From Candidatus Poribacteria bacterium (GTDB lineage: Bacteria > Poribacteria > WGA-4E > WGA-3G), in NCBI GenBank assembly GCA_965197475.1, contig CBDANF010000002.1, positions 672,001 through 736,000 on the forward strand: a DNA stretch of 64,000 nt. Direction: 5' to 3'. Position 1 is the first letter of the stretch, and each line of letters opens with the position of its first letter. Both the position numbers and the translations under genes were made by a program. The notes under the pieces were generated by a model that saw only the letters and a program-made list of their open reading frames with translations, was not told the DNA's origin and did no database searches. Of this stretch, positions 50,131-60,295 are shown one piece after another.

Positions 50131-51111
50131 TTAGGCGAATGCGTCTTCTTCTACATCTGCGAGAAAAACACGTGCATTATCCTGCAAGGCAGATCGGTGT
50201 ACTGCAGCCTCAAATAGCAGTTCATTCCATGCAGCATTTCCATCTGCAGGAAATGGTTGATCCGCTTGCATTGCTTTAATTACACCGTCAGCCATTCTTT
50301 TGAAAGACTCTGGCATTTCCGGTTTACCAGGTTCGTTTTCCCAGCGTTCCTCAACTTCTGAGTTATTTGCTTTACGGCGTAAGTAAGAACCGTCTAAACC
50401 CCGTGCTTCAGCATAAGATTTGTCGCCAAGCACCTTGATTCGAAGCGGATGGTCGTCGTAACCCCACAGATTTGTGCCGCTCAATGAACCGATTACTCCG
50501 TTTGGCCAACCGATATGAATTAAACGTGCCCAACCGCCAGATGCATTCGGATCACCTACAACACTCACCCACTCTGGTCTTCCCACCGTCCATAGAATAA
50601 GATCAATGATATGTGGCCAGCAGTTAAAATGTGCTCGTGCATGCACCATGCGAATCTCGCCTAATGTTCCTCCCGCAACATCGTCATGGAGCTTTCTGAA
50701 ATGATGCATAAACCTATAATTAAAGTCAATGCCGAATTTGAGACCAGAGTCTCGCCAAGTTGCAATAGCAGGCGCAGCAATCTTGAGATCTTCTTCTCGT
50801 ACGCGAGCCTGTCCTTCTAATCCACAGAGCGGTTTTTCTGTAAAAACGTTCCGACCACCTTCAAGCAGTTCCCGTAACGGTGGGATACGACGTGTTTCAT
50901 TGACAATTAGGAGGACGAGTTCAGCATCACAGTTGGCTAACAACTCTTCAATTGATAAATACCCTGCAACCCCGAAGTGTTCTTTTGCTTTTTCAAGGAG
51001 TCCGGGATCCATTTCGCAAACAGCGACAACCTCCGCGTCTGGATGGTTGTGGAAGTTACCTCCATGCATCATACCCATCTCTCTGCCGCTGATAAGTGCA
51101 CATTTAGTCAT
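50131..51111 (-). CDS. Gfo/Idh/MocA-family oxidoreductase
   Basis: Rossmann-like N-terminus, VFTEKPL, FNYRF, HIIDLILW. Confidence 0.85.
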   Translation of the reverse strand: MTKCALISGREMGMMHGGNFHNHPDAEVVAVCEMDPGLLEKAKEHFGVAGYLSIEELLANCDAELVLLIVNETRRIPPLRELLEGGRNVFTEKPLCGLEGQARVREEDLKIAAPAIATWRDSGLKFGIDFNYRFMHHFRKLHDDVAGGTLGEIRMVHARAHFNCWPHIIDLILWTVGRPEWVSVVGDPNASGGWARLIHIGWPNGVIGSLSGTNLWGYDDHPLRIKVLGDKSYAEARGLDGSYLRRKANNSEVEERWENEPGKPEMPESFKRMADGVIKAMQADQPFPADGNAAWNELLFEAAVHRSALQDNARVFLADVEEDAFA

Positions 51112-51329
51112 AACTTAATCCTTTCCATTTTTATTCAGAAGTGTCGTAATGAGATTCCTCGAATTGAGGAAACACCGCTGAGGTCTCATTCTGTATGATC
51201 TCACCATATACTTGTTGGTTTTCTTTTAAAGTAGAGACGAGGCTTCCTCAACAAAGTTCTACATGATTATATGGAAACCAATTTTGTCCAGTTTAACAAT
51301 ACCTTCGCCAAAAAATACTTGAATAAATA

Positions 51330-51530
51330 GAGCGATTGTCCTTAAGTTATAACAACTAAACATAACTTAGAAAGGACAATCCCTCATGCCTGAAATTATA
51401 GCACTGTTTACTGTTTTTATTCCACATTTATCCGTAACGACGACCCATCAGTTATCCCAAGTTGTCCTCACACTGCTTGCCATGATAGGGCGGATAACAA
51501 TGTTAATATATCTCACAGGACTTAACAAGT
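51330..51530 (+). mobile_element. probable truncated IS remnant (transposase N-terminus only)
   Basis: Hairpin GATTGTCCTT...AAGGACAATC covering the RBS, then MPEIIALFTVFIPHLSVTTTHQLSQVVLTLLAMIGRITML. This resembles IS4-type transposase starts (from recall). Confidence 0.4.
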
Positions 51531-51551
51531 TTGTAGCTATGTAGGGAAATA

Positions 51552-53006
51552 CTACGCGCCAGGATAGAGTCTTCCGAAATATGGTGAGAATCCTGCCGGT
51601 CCGGGGAACCCATCATAGAATCGACAATCGGTTGGGAATGACCCCTCGCCACCACTTCGCAACCACGCCATTAACGCGGGATCAATGCCACGGCGTGCAA
51701 TCTCATCAACAGCAGCAGCGTGTAGTTTCGCAACGATATCCTGATGTTGATCTTGGACATGTTCTAACGTTCCAAGTTTGGTAAGTTTCGAGTTTTCAGG
51801 TTTCGCGGCAACCTCTAAGTTCCATTCTTGGTCAAAAGCGGTAAAGAGGATAGTATTTTCTCTTTGTGATGCTTGCTTCCACCTTTCAACGCTGCCACCA
51901 GATAATGCGACCTCTCTTTCGCCTGATTTACCTTCACGCGCGGGTGTTAAAAAGTCGTGTCCTTCAATACCTTCAGGGTAATCTTCACCAAGAATACTAA
52001 AAATAGTCGGGAAGAAATCTTGGGGTTGGACGATCACGTTACTACGTCCTGTATCCCCTTCTGGTAGACGGACAAAGAGCGGGACATGTCCCACCTGTTC
52101 ACGGACAGGTTGTCCTTTACCGAACGAACCGCGTTCCCCGACATTCGTGCCGTGGTCACCAGTTAGAATAACAGCAGTATTCTTATCAAGCCCAGTAGAT
52201 TCAAGCGCGTCCACGAATTGACCGAAGCAGTGGTCCATCCATGTCAACTTCGCGGCATATTGGTCTTTGATATGTTGCTTCGCCGCATCAGAGAGACTTG
52301 CTTTGTTCCTACCGCCGAGACTTCGCGGGTCAATATTTCCATCATAGCCAGGTCGTTTGTCATATTTTTTCATGAATTCGGGTGGGGAATCCCACGGTTC
52401 ATGTGGATCAAAGCAGTCCACCCAGAGAAAGAAATTCTCTCGTTTTGCGTTATCTTTCAGGAATTGCGCGGCGGTGTTAAAGAGTTTTGCACAGTTCCAA
52501 TCTTCAAGTTTTTTGCGATTTCGGTTGGCACGCGCATAACTCCGGAGCATATTTGATTGAAATGCATTATCGTCAAGACAATCAAAAAGTGTTTCTTTAA
52601 CCCAATTGTCGGGCATAGGTACAGTATCCATAATCCAGTCACGGTCTACTTCAGCACCGCGAACGAATGTCCAGGCGTGAAAGGGCCAGTCGAAGTTATG
52701 CCCCCCGTTGACAAGATGTGGCGTGTCGTGAATAAGTTGCGTCGCGTAACCTCGCTGTGCAAGCGTTCGAGGTAACGTTTGTCGTTCATGTCGCAGCGGT
52801 TTCCACGGATGGAATGGCGCACCATATTGACCCGTGATAACATCAGTCCGGTAAGGAATAGTCGGGAAACTCGCACAGAAAGCACGATCAAATGCCCATG
52901 CTTTAGATGCAAACCGATCAATGTTGGGTGTTTCTATCCAATCATTGCCGTTTGCACCGATATAATCATAACGTAGTGTGTCAATAACAATGTAAGCTAA
53001 GTTCAT
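51552..53006 (-). CDS. sulfatase-like hydrolase (alkaline phosphatase superfamily), TxPxR variant
   Basis: MNLAYIVIDTLRYD, TPNIDRFA, PTIPYRTDVITG, FDPHEPW, TGDHG. Start taken at MNLAY. Confidence 0.85.
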   Translation of the reverse strand: MNLAYIVIDTLRYDYIGANGNDWIETPNIDRFASKAWAFDRAFCASFPTIPYRTDVITGQYGAPFHPWKPLRHERQTLPRTLAQRGYATQLIHDTPHLVNGGHNFDWPFHAWTFVRGAEVDRDWIMDTVPMPDNWVKETLFDCLDDNAFQSNMLRSYARANRNRKKLEDWNCAKLFNTAAQFLKDNAKRENFFLWVDCFDPHEPWDSPPEFMKKYDKRPGYDGNIDPRSLGGRNKASLSDAAKQHIKDQYAAKLTWMDHCFGQFVDALESTGLDKNTAVILTGDHGTNVGERGSFGKGQPVREQVGHVPLFVRLPEGDTGRSNVIVQPQDFFPTIFSILGEDYPEGIEGHDFLTPAREGKSGEREVALSGGSVERWKQASQRENTILFTAFDQEWNLEVAAKPENSKLTKLGTLEHVQDQHQDIVAKLHAAAVDEIARRGIDPALMAWLRSGGEGSFPTDCRFYDGFPGPAGFSPYFGRLYPGA

Positions 53007-53055
53007 ATAATTTCTCCGTTGGTTATAGCACAAAGGTTGTGCCTATTACTTTGCA

Positions 53056-53802
53056 TTACCACTTTGGAATTGCACCGAGCAGTAACTTTTGCTGCGGCGT
53101 GCCTTCGTCGCGCAGTCGTGTGACGCGAGGCCCGTTAAAAGGTTCGCGAGATTTCATCCAAGCGTTTTGGTAACACATAAGACAGACGCGTCGACGTTCT
53201 GAAGAAGTGTTAGCAGCACCGCGGTGCCACGTCCACCCATCAAACATAACTGCTTGTCCTGGGGAAACTAATACGCGTTTTTCGTCAGGAAGTTGAATAG
53301 GGCTTGGCGGTGGACGGAACGGTGCTCTGTGGCTACCGGGCTGCACAACTGTCGGTCCCGTTTCATCAGTAACTTCATCAAGATAGTAGCCGCAGTTAAT
53401 TTGCGCGGGCAGACTGCCGTAAGGTGTGCCAAATGGGTCAACCGGCCAGGGACCATCACGATGCCAGTTTTGGTCAGGCGTTCCCGGTTCAGTAATGCGG
53501 GCGGTTGCACTGTGAAGCTGCACACATGTCCCCAATATCGCTTCCATCCGTTTCATCACAGGCGGATTGTCAAGCAAAAAAGCAAACCTATCGTCCTCTT
53601 CAAGCAGTTCACCGATAAATTGGTCTTTATTGTGTCGTTCGTAACTCTCATCAAGCGCGTTGCGTAACGACACAATCTGTTCAGGTGTTGCAGCATCATT
53701 GACAATAAGGTAACCCCATTTTAGGAAAAAATTGACTTCTTGTTGTAATTCGTAGTCAAGTTCAACATTGAGCGTAGGGGGTACTACAGGAACTTCAGCC
53801 AT
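53056..53802 (-). CDS. phytanoyl-CoA dioxygenase (PhyH)-family Fe/2OG dioxygenase
   Basis: WHRD, YYLD, GPT...PGSH, WHRGAAN, RR. Confidence 0.88.
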   Translation of the reverse strand: MAEVPVVPPTLNVELDYELQQEVNFFLKWGYLIVNDAATPEQIVSLRNALDESYERHNKDQFIGELLEEDDRFAFLLDNPPVMKRMEAILGTCVQLHSATARITEPGTPDQNWHRDGPWPVDPFGTPYGSLPAQINCGYYLDEVTDETGPTVVQPGSHRAPFRPPPSPIQLPDEKRVLVSPGQAVMFDGWTWHRGAANTSSERRRVCLMCYQNAWMKSREPFNGPRVTRLRDEGTPQQKLLLGAIPKW

Positions 53803-53805
53803 CGT

Positions 53806-54660
53806 CTACACCTCCTTTATTGCAGTACGGTCGGCGGTAGCCCATTCTTCCCATCTTTTCTCGTCTGGACTGAGGAAGCCAGAATTGCATCGCGGTTGCA
53901 ACTGTTCGTCAACGCCCAGGAGTCGCATCAGCTGATGATTGTTTGCTTCTTTTGCTTCTGCAAGCAGTTTTTGTGTATGTGGACCGGAATGGTGGTCAGT
54001 ATGTTTGAGCCAAGTCAAGTTGTAGTAGATACTGAAAAAATAGCGCATCTGTCCAGAGGTATTCGGTGTGCCGGAATGGACGAGACCGTTATGCGTGATG
54101 ACGACATCCCCAGCCTTCATGTGAATAATCACTTCATCGGGATGCAGTTTCCCGCGGTCAGCATCCTCTATGGTCAGCGGTTTTCGGTGTGAACCGACAA
54201 TGACGCGAAGAGGTCCAAACTCGTCTGTCAAATCTTGCAGATATGAGATAGCGTTGATCGCGTTCGGACGATGATATGCATCCGTAAAAGGGACATGCGC
54301 CCACCGATCCCGATGCCACCCTGACACTCTCCCCTCAGCTTTTTCCGGTTCAATTGAGGCAAACGCGGCAAGCGTAAGGTTGTCTAATTGTACAAAGGGT
54401 CCCATCACCTTTTCTATGAAGTCAAGGATAGTCGGATGTGAGACGGCGGGCCACATCAGTTCAGGAGCCAATTCAATCGTGTTTGCGAACCAAGTTTGTC
54501 CGTTGTGTGCTGCTGAGAGTTGTTGATGCTTCTCTTTCCAGCACTGCATTTGTGTTTCGTCAAAAACTTTCTCGAAGATTGTGAAGCCCTCAGATTTATA
54601 GGCTTCCAGTCGTTGTTCTATTGTGGGCATTGTTGTGTTCCTATTGAGTAGATGAGGCAC
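53806..54660 (-). CDS. PhyH-family Fe/2OG dioxygenase
   Basis: GWHRD, YLQD, GPLRVIVGSH, HSGTPN...R. The start may be MPTIEQ. Confidence 0.88.
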   Translation of the reverse strand: MPHLLNRNTTMPTIEQRLEAYKSEGFTIFEKVFDETQMQCWKEKHQQLSAAHNGQTWFANTIELAPELMWPAVSHPTILDFIEKVMGPFVQLDNLTLAAFASIEPEKAEGRVSGWHRDRWAHVPFTDAYHRPNAINAISYLQDLTDEFGPLRVIVGSHRKPLTIEDADRGKLHPDEVIIHMKAGDVVITHNGLVHSGTPNTSGQMRYFFSIYYNLTWLKHTDHHSGPHTQKLLAEAKEANNHQLMRLLGVDEQLQPRCNSGFLSPDEKRWEEWATADRTAIKEV

Positions 54661-54671
54661 AATTTTTGTAC

Positions 54672-55619
54672 CTACTTCTTTTCACTTAAAATATCCGCTG
54701 CGAGTTGCATGGTTTTTACTGCTTCGTCCAAGTTGGCTGCGGGGAGTGAAACGGGAGTATCGGATTTAACGCAATCAAGGAAATACCTATTTTGCTCAAC
54801 GGTGCCACCACTGCCAGGATCGGTGAGTTTGTGCTGCGTGCCATCGCAGAAGACGGTTCCCTGAGACACCCCCTCAAGATATGCTGAAATGTCTCTGCCG
54901 TGAATCTCGTAACGTTCAAGACGTGCGTCTGTAGTGTAGTTTGCAATGAGTTGTGCAACACAGCCATTGTCAAAGAGAATCAATGCGGCGTGAACATCCT
55001 TGTAATCCGAAATTGTCCGTTGGACTACACTATAAACCTCATGGACATCTGCTTCTGCAATTGCGCGGAGTGTATCCAGAGCGTGGATAGGTGTTTCCAG
55101 AAACATGTTATCCATCAGATGTTTGGGGAATTTGCCCGATTGCGCCAAACGGGTGATACTCTTGTGGAATTCGCCGACCAGTTGAGTAACATGCCCGCGT
55201 GCTTTTACCAGTTGCTTAGCTTGCATAATAATCGGATGGAAACGGCGGTTCCAACCCACCATGGCTTTCGCACCGGTTTTCTTAGCGGTATCTCGCAAGG
55301 CAGTGGTTTCTGTAACATTCATCCCCGGCGGTTTTTCGAGTAGTGTATTGACCCCTCGTTCTAAACAGGGAGCTGCTACTTCTCCGTTAAGATGTGCAGG
55401 AGTAGCGACGAAAATCGCATCAAGGGTTTCATTGTCGAGCAATGCTTCAATCGTTTTATAACGTTTTGAGACGTTGAACGTATCACCAGCGTTGTTTCGT
55501 GCGCCCTCCACCGGATCACAGATCGCAACAAGGTCGGTATCCTTAAATTGAGAGAGGATTTTCATGTGACCACGTCCACGACCTCCACATCCGATAACTG
55601 CGACTCGTAGATTTGCCAT
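54672..55619 (-). CDS. Gfo/Idh/MocA-family oxidoreductase
   Basis: VAVIGCGGRG, LEKPPG, VGWNRRF, IHALD. Confidence 0.9.
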   Translation of the reverse strand: MANLRVAVIGCGGRGRGHMKILSQFKDTDLVAICDPVEGARNNAGDTFNVSKRYKTIEALLDNETLDAIFVATPAHLNGEVAAPCLERGVNTLLEKPPGMNVTETTALRDTAKKTGAKAMVGWNRRFHPIIMQAKQLVKARGHVTQLVGEFHKSITRLAQSGKFPKHLMDNMFLETPIHALDTLRAIAEADVHEVYSVVQRTISDYKDVHAALILFDNGCVAQLIANYTTDARLERYEIHGRDISAYLEGVSQGTVFCDGTQHKLTDPGSGGTVEQNRYFLDCVKSDTPVSLPAANLDEAVKTMQLAADILSEKK

Positions 55620-55630
55620 AATATACTCCG

Positions 55631-56419
55631 CTAATGTCTAATGTGTGGTGCTTCCATCACTTCGCGTTGTTCCGGGGACATATCTTCAATATAGTCTGGA
55701 TATTCAATACGATGTGCACCTGCACTATATGCTTGAAAACCAGGACTGAATTTATAGAGCAGCGCACGTCGTTGATGTGAGGCTTTCCACGGGAGGGCAC
55801 CGTGTGTTAAGGTTTCAGTGAAGATAACAGCATCGCCTGCCTTGGCATTGACTTCAAGCACCAAGTTTTGGTGTTTTTCGTAACGTTTCATGCTACTTGG
55901 ACATGGGAGGTTCGCCTTATGACTACCGGGAATAATCGCGAGACCGCCATCACCAGGGCCTTCATCGGCAAGCATATACTCAACGACGGTAAGTCCGGTA
56001 TAGATTCGTCCATATTTAAAGAAATAAGCTTCGGAAAAATTTGGTCGTTCAATTCCACCGCCGTGTAATGTGCCGCCTTCGGTGCCGTTCTCCATAGCAA
56101 TTAAACCTGGTCCGTGATCAAGTCTATATTTTTTGCCTAAGACTTCCTCTAAATGAGGTTTTACGTTTGGATGTACTAATAAAGTACGAAAAGGTTCACA
56201 CCAAGGTTTTTCCCATGCCAACATTCCGCCCATATCCATGCGATGTGCTGTTCCGGCAAGTGCTTCTGCACCACCTGCTAATGAGTTCTCGCGTTCTCTA
56301 AGCTGTTCTATGTGGTAGTCAATAGCTGCGTTGCACTGTGCAACCTCTTCGGAAGTGAGTGCATTTTCGACTATGATATATCCTGTCAAATCAAATAGGT
56401 ATTTTTGTTCTTCGTTCAT
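55631..56419 (-). CDS. PhyH-family dioxygenase-like protein (HGG variant)
   Basis: MNEEQKYLFDLTGY, LHGG, GGLAIIPGSHKAN, AGDAVIFTETLTHG, RRALLYKF. Start taken at MNEEQ. Confidence 0.82.
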   Translation of the reverse strand: MNEEQKYLFDLTGYIIVENALTSEEVAQCNAAIDYHIEQLRERENSLAGGAEALAGTAHRMDMGGMLAWEKPWCEPFRTLLVHPNVKPHLEEVLGKKYRLDHGPGLIAMENGTEGGTLHGGGIERPNFSEAYFFKYGRIYTGLTVVEYMLADEGPGDGGLAIIPGSHKANLPCPSSMKRYEKHQNLVLEVNAKAGDAVIFTETLTHGALPWKASHQRRALLYKFSPGFQAYSAGAHRIEYPDYIEDMSPEQREVMEAPHIRH

Positions 56420-56640
56420 AAGTAATTTCTCCAGCGTTGATGACGGTTGAAGTATTTGGGTTTTCAACGTTTTGCATATTAGCAATGTCCAAAAAGTGTG
56501 TCAAGGAAAAAGATAATACACCTACATGAAAAAGTCTTGTAATTTACTTATTATATGTGTATAATGCATTTAACCGATAAATGTTCAACCTCACAGACGT
56601 TTTCCTACAACTACTTTTAACCAGAAAACATCTTTAATCA

Positions 56641-59349
56641 ATGTCTATACAGATCGAAAACCGACTCACACAATACGTTCCAAACCTAAATATTTCTCAA
56701 CAAGTGTTGCAAAATCAGTTAGCCACTTTCATTCAATCAGAGCGCGAACAACTCAAAGCGCATATCATGGATGGAGAGAGCGGGTTTTCTGTGTGTTCTA
56801 TGCACACGCAGATATGGGATGCTGTAATCCAGAAAGTTTACGAAGTCGCTTCATATCAGATTCAGTCTGAATATACGAAACAGGTTGAAGAACTACTCAA
56901 GATTCCCGGTGTTGATTCCAGTGAATTGCTCTCCGAAATTCCGGACGAATGGTCTCCTGATGTTGCGCTTTATGGCGTAGGGAGTTATGGTAGAAATGAA
57001 CTCTGCTACTATTCAGATGTAGACGTTGTGTATACCTCCTCCGTTGACCTTGAGGAGGTATATGACGAGGGCACTCTGGAACTTATCCGTTGGTTTTACG
57101 ACTTTTTTGACAGTCTTCATTCGGTGATTTCTGGGTTTGAGTTTAGTTTTATATACCGTCCAATGGCAGATATCGCAAAGTGGAATTATCAGGATATGAC
57201 TGCATTAATCGATATGCGATTCATTACTGGTGACGCTACACTGACAGAAAAATTCCGAAAAGCCGTGCATTCAGAAAAATCAGATATTTCGCTTGTATTG
57301 GACCTGCTACAATCAAAGGCAGATTCCTTCAAAGCCTCCGAAGATACCATCTATCTGAATCAACCCGATATAAAAACTGGACGTGGAGGATTACGGACGC
57401 TTCAGTATGCACTCTGGATGTGTGGACTTCCTGAGTTTACGTCGATCCTTGAACTTTATGAACGTTATAATGACGAACAGTTGATGCCTTCTCTTGATTT
57501 TATGTTCAAGGTGCGAAATTTGCTTCACGTTTTAGCGGATGGACCGCACGATTCGCTCTCCTATCATCCTGAACAAGGGGACACACTTCAGTCACAAATT
57601 GCTTCTGCACTCGGTTATTCAGATAAAACCGGTGAATGCCGTTACGATTTTATGGCGGACTACTATAACAAAGCTAAGTATTTGCACTTTAAGGCGGAAT
57701 TATTGATTCGGAAGTTTCTTGCAAACGGCATACCGGTTTCCGATGTACTCGGTGTGAGAACAGATGTCCTATATTGCATTGATAATAATTTTGGGGAACT
57801 TGATACGGATGAACTCTATAAACTTTTCACATATTTTCAACAGTACGATTTTGAGATTGATCCTTCATTGGCTACCTTTATCTTTGCCTATGTTGATGCA
57901 TTTGATTGGGAACGTTTCAAACAAAGAGTCGCTGAACTCATCAACACGCCGGGTAATGTTGAAAAGACTTTAACACGACTGCACCGACTCGGTATATTGT
58001 CTCAACTCGGAGAGGGCGGAGAACGATTTGAAAAAGCGATGATGACACGAAGCGAACGCAGCCTTGACCCATATACTGTGGGTAAACACACACTCGTAGC
58101 GATAGGACACCTTGATGAGATTCGTCGAACTGAATCAAGCAGTCCGTTTGGTGGGGCGCGCCTTAGTCAACCGATGACACCCTCTCCAAACTCTGAGTTA
58201 GAGGAGTTAAACACTGCTTTTCGCTCGCTTTCCGATCCAGCACCGCTCTACATGGCACTATTTCTCCATGATATTGATAAACCTGATCCGACTCATCCGC
58301 AGACGGGCGCAGAAAAAGCGAAACGTATTACACCTGAATTTGGGTTTAATCAACAACAAACTGATGATATATGTTTTCTGATCCGGGAGCATCTTACAAT
58401 GATTACATTGGCACGTTATCATCAATGGGATGAGGGCACTATCTCAGAGTTTTGCGAAAAGGTTAATTCTCTTGAACGTTTAACTACGCTTTATCTGCTG
58501 ACCTATTGCGATTCGAAAGCGAACGGTTCCCAAAACTTTAGCAATCTGGTAAAACATAATCTGAAAAGGTTATACGAGGTTGTGCGGGTACGTTTCGTGG
58601 GTCCAGAGGAATCGCAGTGGGGTGTTTACGCGCCGCCCGAAGAGTTTCAGCAATTTCTCCATCAGATGCCTGTCATTTATCGTATAGGTATTGCGCCTGA
58701 AGAGATCTTGATGCATATCAAAATGATCGCACAAGCGGAGGCTACACCATCAGATAATCCGAATGCAACGGCAAGTGCGGCTATTCTCCAATTTGTTGAT
58801 AAACCTGGGTTTACGGAACTGCATCTTTGTAGCCATAGCCATATCGGGAAGTTGCACACGGTGAGCGGTCTGTTTTTTGCAAATAATATTGATGTTAGCG
58901 ATGCACGCGTCTACACGAAACAGGATACAAACGTTGAATTGGAAATTTACCGACTGGTACATCAGCCTCCCCATCATAGTGGAGAATCGCTGCCGCTTGA
59001 CGAAGATTTAAAACGGGATTTGGATTTTGACATCCGAAGCTTAATGGCGAGAAAGGTAACGCTTGAACAGATTTTTGAGAAGCACTACGTAGACCCTACA
59101 GGTATATGGCGGGTAGATGATGTCACTGTAGAGACAGCGAGAAATTATACAGAAATCGTAGTAACAGGTGAGGAGAAGGTCGGTTTTCTCCACTATTTCA
59201 GCGGGATTTTAGCGAAATTGGAGTTAAACGTGGAGATGTGCAAATGTTCCGGCTTGGGAGGACAGGCGATTGACAGGTTTTATGTACAACCTGTCGCAGA
59301 CCCCCAAAAAGTGCGTGATCAAATTTTAGCGGAGTTGCCAACTGAATAG
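56641..59349 (+). CDS. glnD: bifunctional PII uridylyltransferase/uridylyl-removing enzyme-like protein
   Basis: NTase GSYGRNEL..YSDVD, PDIKTGRGGLR, YTVGKH, HD domain LHDIDK, and two C-terminal ACT-like domains. Confidence 0.8.
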   Translation: MSIQIENRLTQYVPNLNISQQVLQNQLATFIQSEREQLKAHIMDGESGFSVCSMHTQIWDAVIQKVYEVASYQIQSEYTKQVEELLKIPGVDSSELLSEIPDEWSPDVALYGVGSYGRNELCYYSDVDVVYTSSVDLEEVYDEGTLELIRWFYDFFDSLHSVISGFEFSFIYRPMADIAKWNYQDMTALIDMRFITGDATLTEKFRKAVHSEKSDISLVLDLLQSKADSFKASEDTIYLNQPDIKTGRGGLRTLQYALWMCGLPEFTSILELYERYNDEQLMPSLDFMFKVRNLLHVLADGPHDSLSYHPEQGDTLQSQIASALGYSDKTGECRYDFMADYYNKAKYLHFKAELLIRKFLANGIPVSDVLGVRTDVLYCIDNNFGELDTDELYKLFTYFQQYDFEIDPSLATFIFAYVDAFDWERFKQRVAELINTPGNVEKTLTRLHRLGILSQLGEGGERFEKAMMTRSERSLDPYTVGKHTLVAIGHLDEIRRTESSSPFGGARLSQPMTPSPNSELEELNTAFRSLSDPAPLYMALFLHDIDKPDPTHPQTGAEKAKRITPEFGFNQQQTDDICFLIREHLTMITLARYHQWDEGTISEFCEKVNSLERLTTLYLLTYCDSKANGSQNFSNLVKHNLKRLYEVVRVRFVGPEESQWGVYAPPEEFQQFLHQMPVIYRIGIAPEEILMHIKMIAQAEATPSDNPNATASAAILQFVDKPGFTELHLCSHSHIGKLHTVSGLFFANNIDVSDARVYTKQDTNVELEIYRLVHQPPHHSGESLPLDEDLKRDLDFDIRSLMARKVTLEQIFEKHYVDPTGIWRVDDVTVETARNYTEIVVTGEEKVGFLHYFSGILAKLELNVEMCKCSGLGGQAIDRFYVQPVADPQKVRDQILAELPTE

Positions 59350-59352
59350 ATC

Positions 59353-59491
59353 AGGACTTACGCAATATGATGTGCACGACAAAATATGATGTGCACGACA
59401 AATTGATACAGATCGCTCTAAAGAACGCGCGATAAATTGTGCTACTACAAAAACTGCAAATGCCTGAAAACAAGCAAAATGCGCAAGTCCT
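59353..59491. mobile_element. MITE-like element with AGGACTTACGCA ends, internal 19-bp tandem duplication and degenerate REP-like core
   Basis: AGGACTTACGCA at 59353-59364 and TGCGCAAGTCCT at 59480-59491. AATATGATGTGCACGACAA occurs twice at 59364-59401. Confidence 0.65.
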
Positions 59492-59546
59492 ATAGAGTTT
59501 AATTACACATCAAAAAACAAACAGATTAAACCAATGCGGCGATAAA

Positions 59547-60226
59547 ATGAATGAAAAACAAGTAGTAAATGCTGTTGCTGATTATTTGAAAGAATATAAA
59601 TCAGTTCAGTTTATACACAGTTTGAAAAATCAATTCAGATTGGGCACTACCGATGCAGAGCAGACGTTGTGGTTTATACGCAAAAATTTCCTCAAAAACT
59701 GGTTGCCATCGTGGAATGTAAAAAAGAAGGTAGCCTGGGTAAATCAAAAACAGGTATAGATCAATTGCAGTCTTATCTTTGTGCTTCGGATACATCTTTA
59801 GGAATATTCGCTAATAGCTTAAATCCCGCTGATTGGATATATATGGAAAATCTTGGAAACAATATATTTGTTAAGATAACTCAGGATCAGTTTATTATAT
59901 CCGTAAAAACAGAAATTGAGACGCATAAGGATCTCCAACAACGTATTTCTGACAAATTAGAGAAATTAATATTACAAAAGGCCACTGAAAACCTAAAAAA
60001 TACGGCTATTCAACAACGTATACAACAACTAACTAATGATTATATAGAACAGGAAGCAAGGAAGAATGTGACGCCAGGCAAAATAGTATCAGCTACTATC
60101 AATATGTCTGCAGAACGAATTAAACAATTGGAAGCTGAAATATCTAAGTTAAAAAGATATAAAACCTGGGGTTGGATTTTAGCAGTTCTATTTTTATTTT
60201 TTTTACTGGCGATGTTCTATAATTAA
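59547..60226 (+). pseudogene. HsdR-N-like PD-(D/E)xK nuclease + coiled coil + C-terminal TM, frameshifted
   Basis: MNE..V...V..YL start. After a shift near 59615: FEKSIQIGHYRCRADVV...AIVECKK...GIDQLQSYL...GIFAN. Ends WGWILAVLFLFFLLAMFYN. Confidence 0.7.
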
Positions 60227-60295
60227 ACTTGTCGTTCCAACTCAGCAATCTCCTCATGAATTTATAGTGCGTATGTGCCATAGAAGAAAAAAGAA

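Noticed and set aside
59364-59401. Possible CRISPR repeat pair
   Set aside because: It is two adjacent 19-bp copies with no spacer, a simple tandem duplication.
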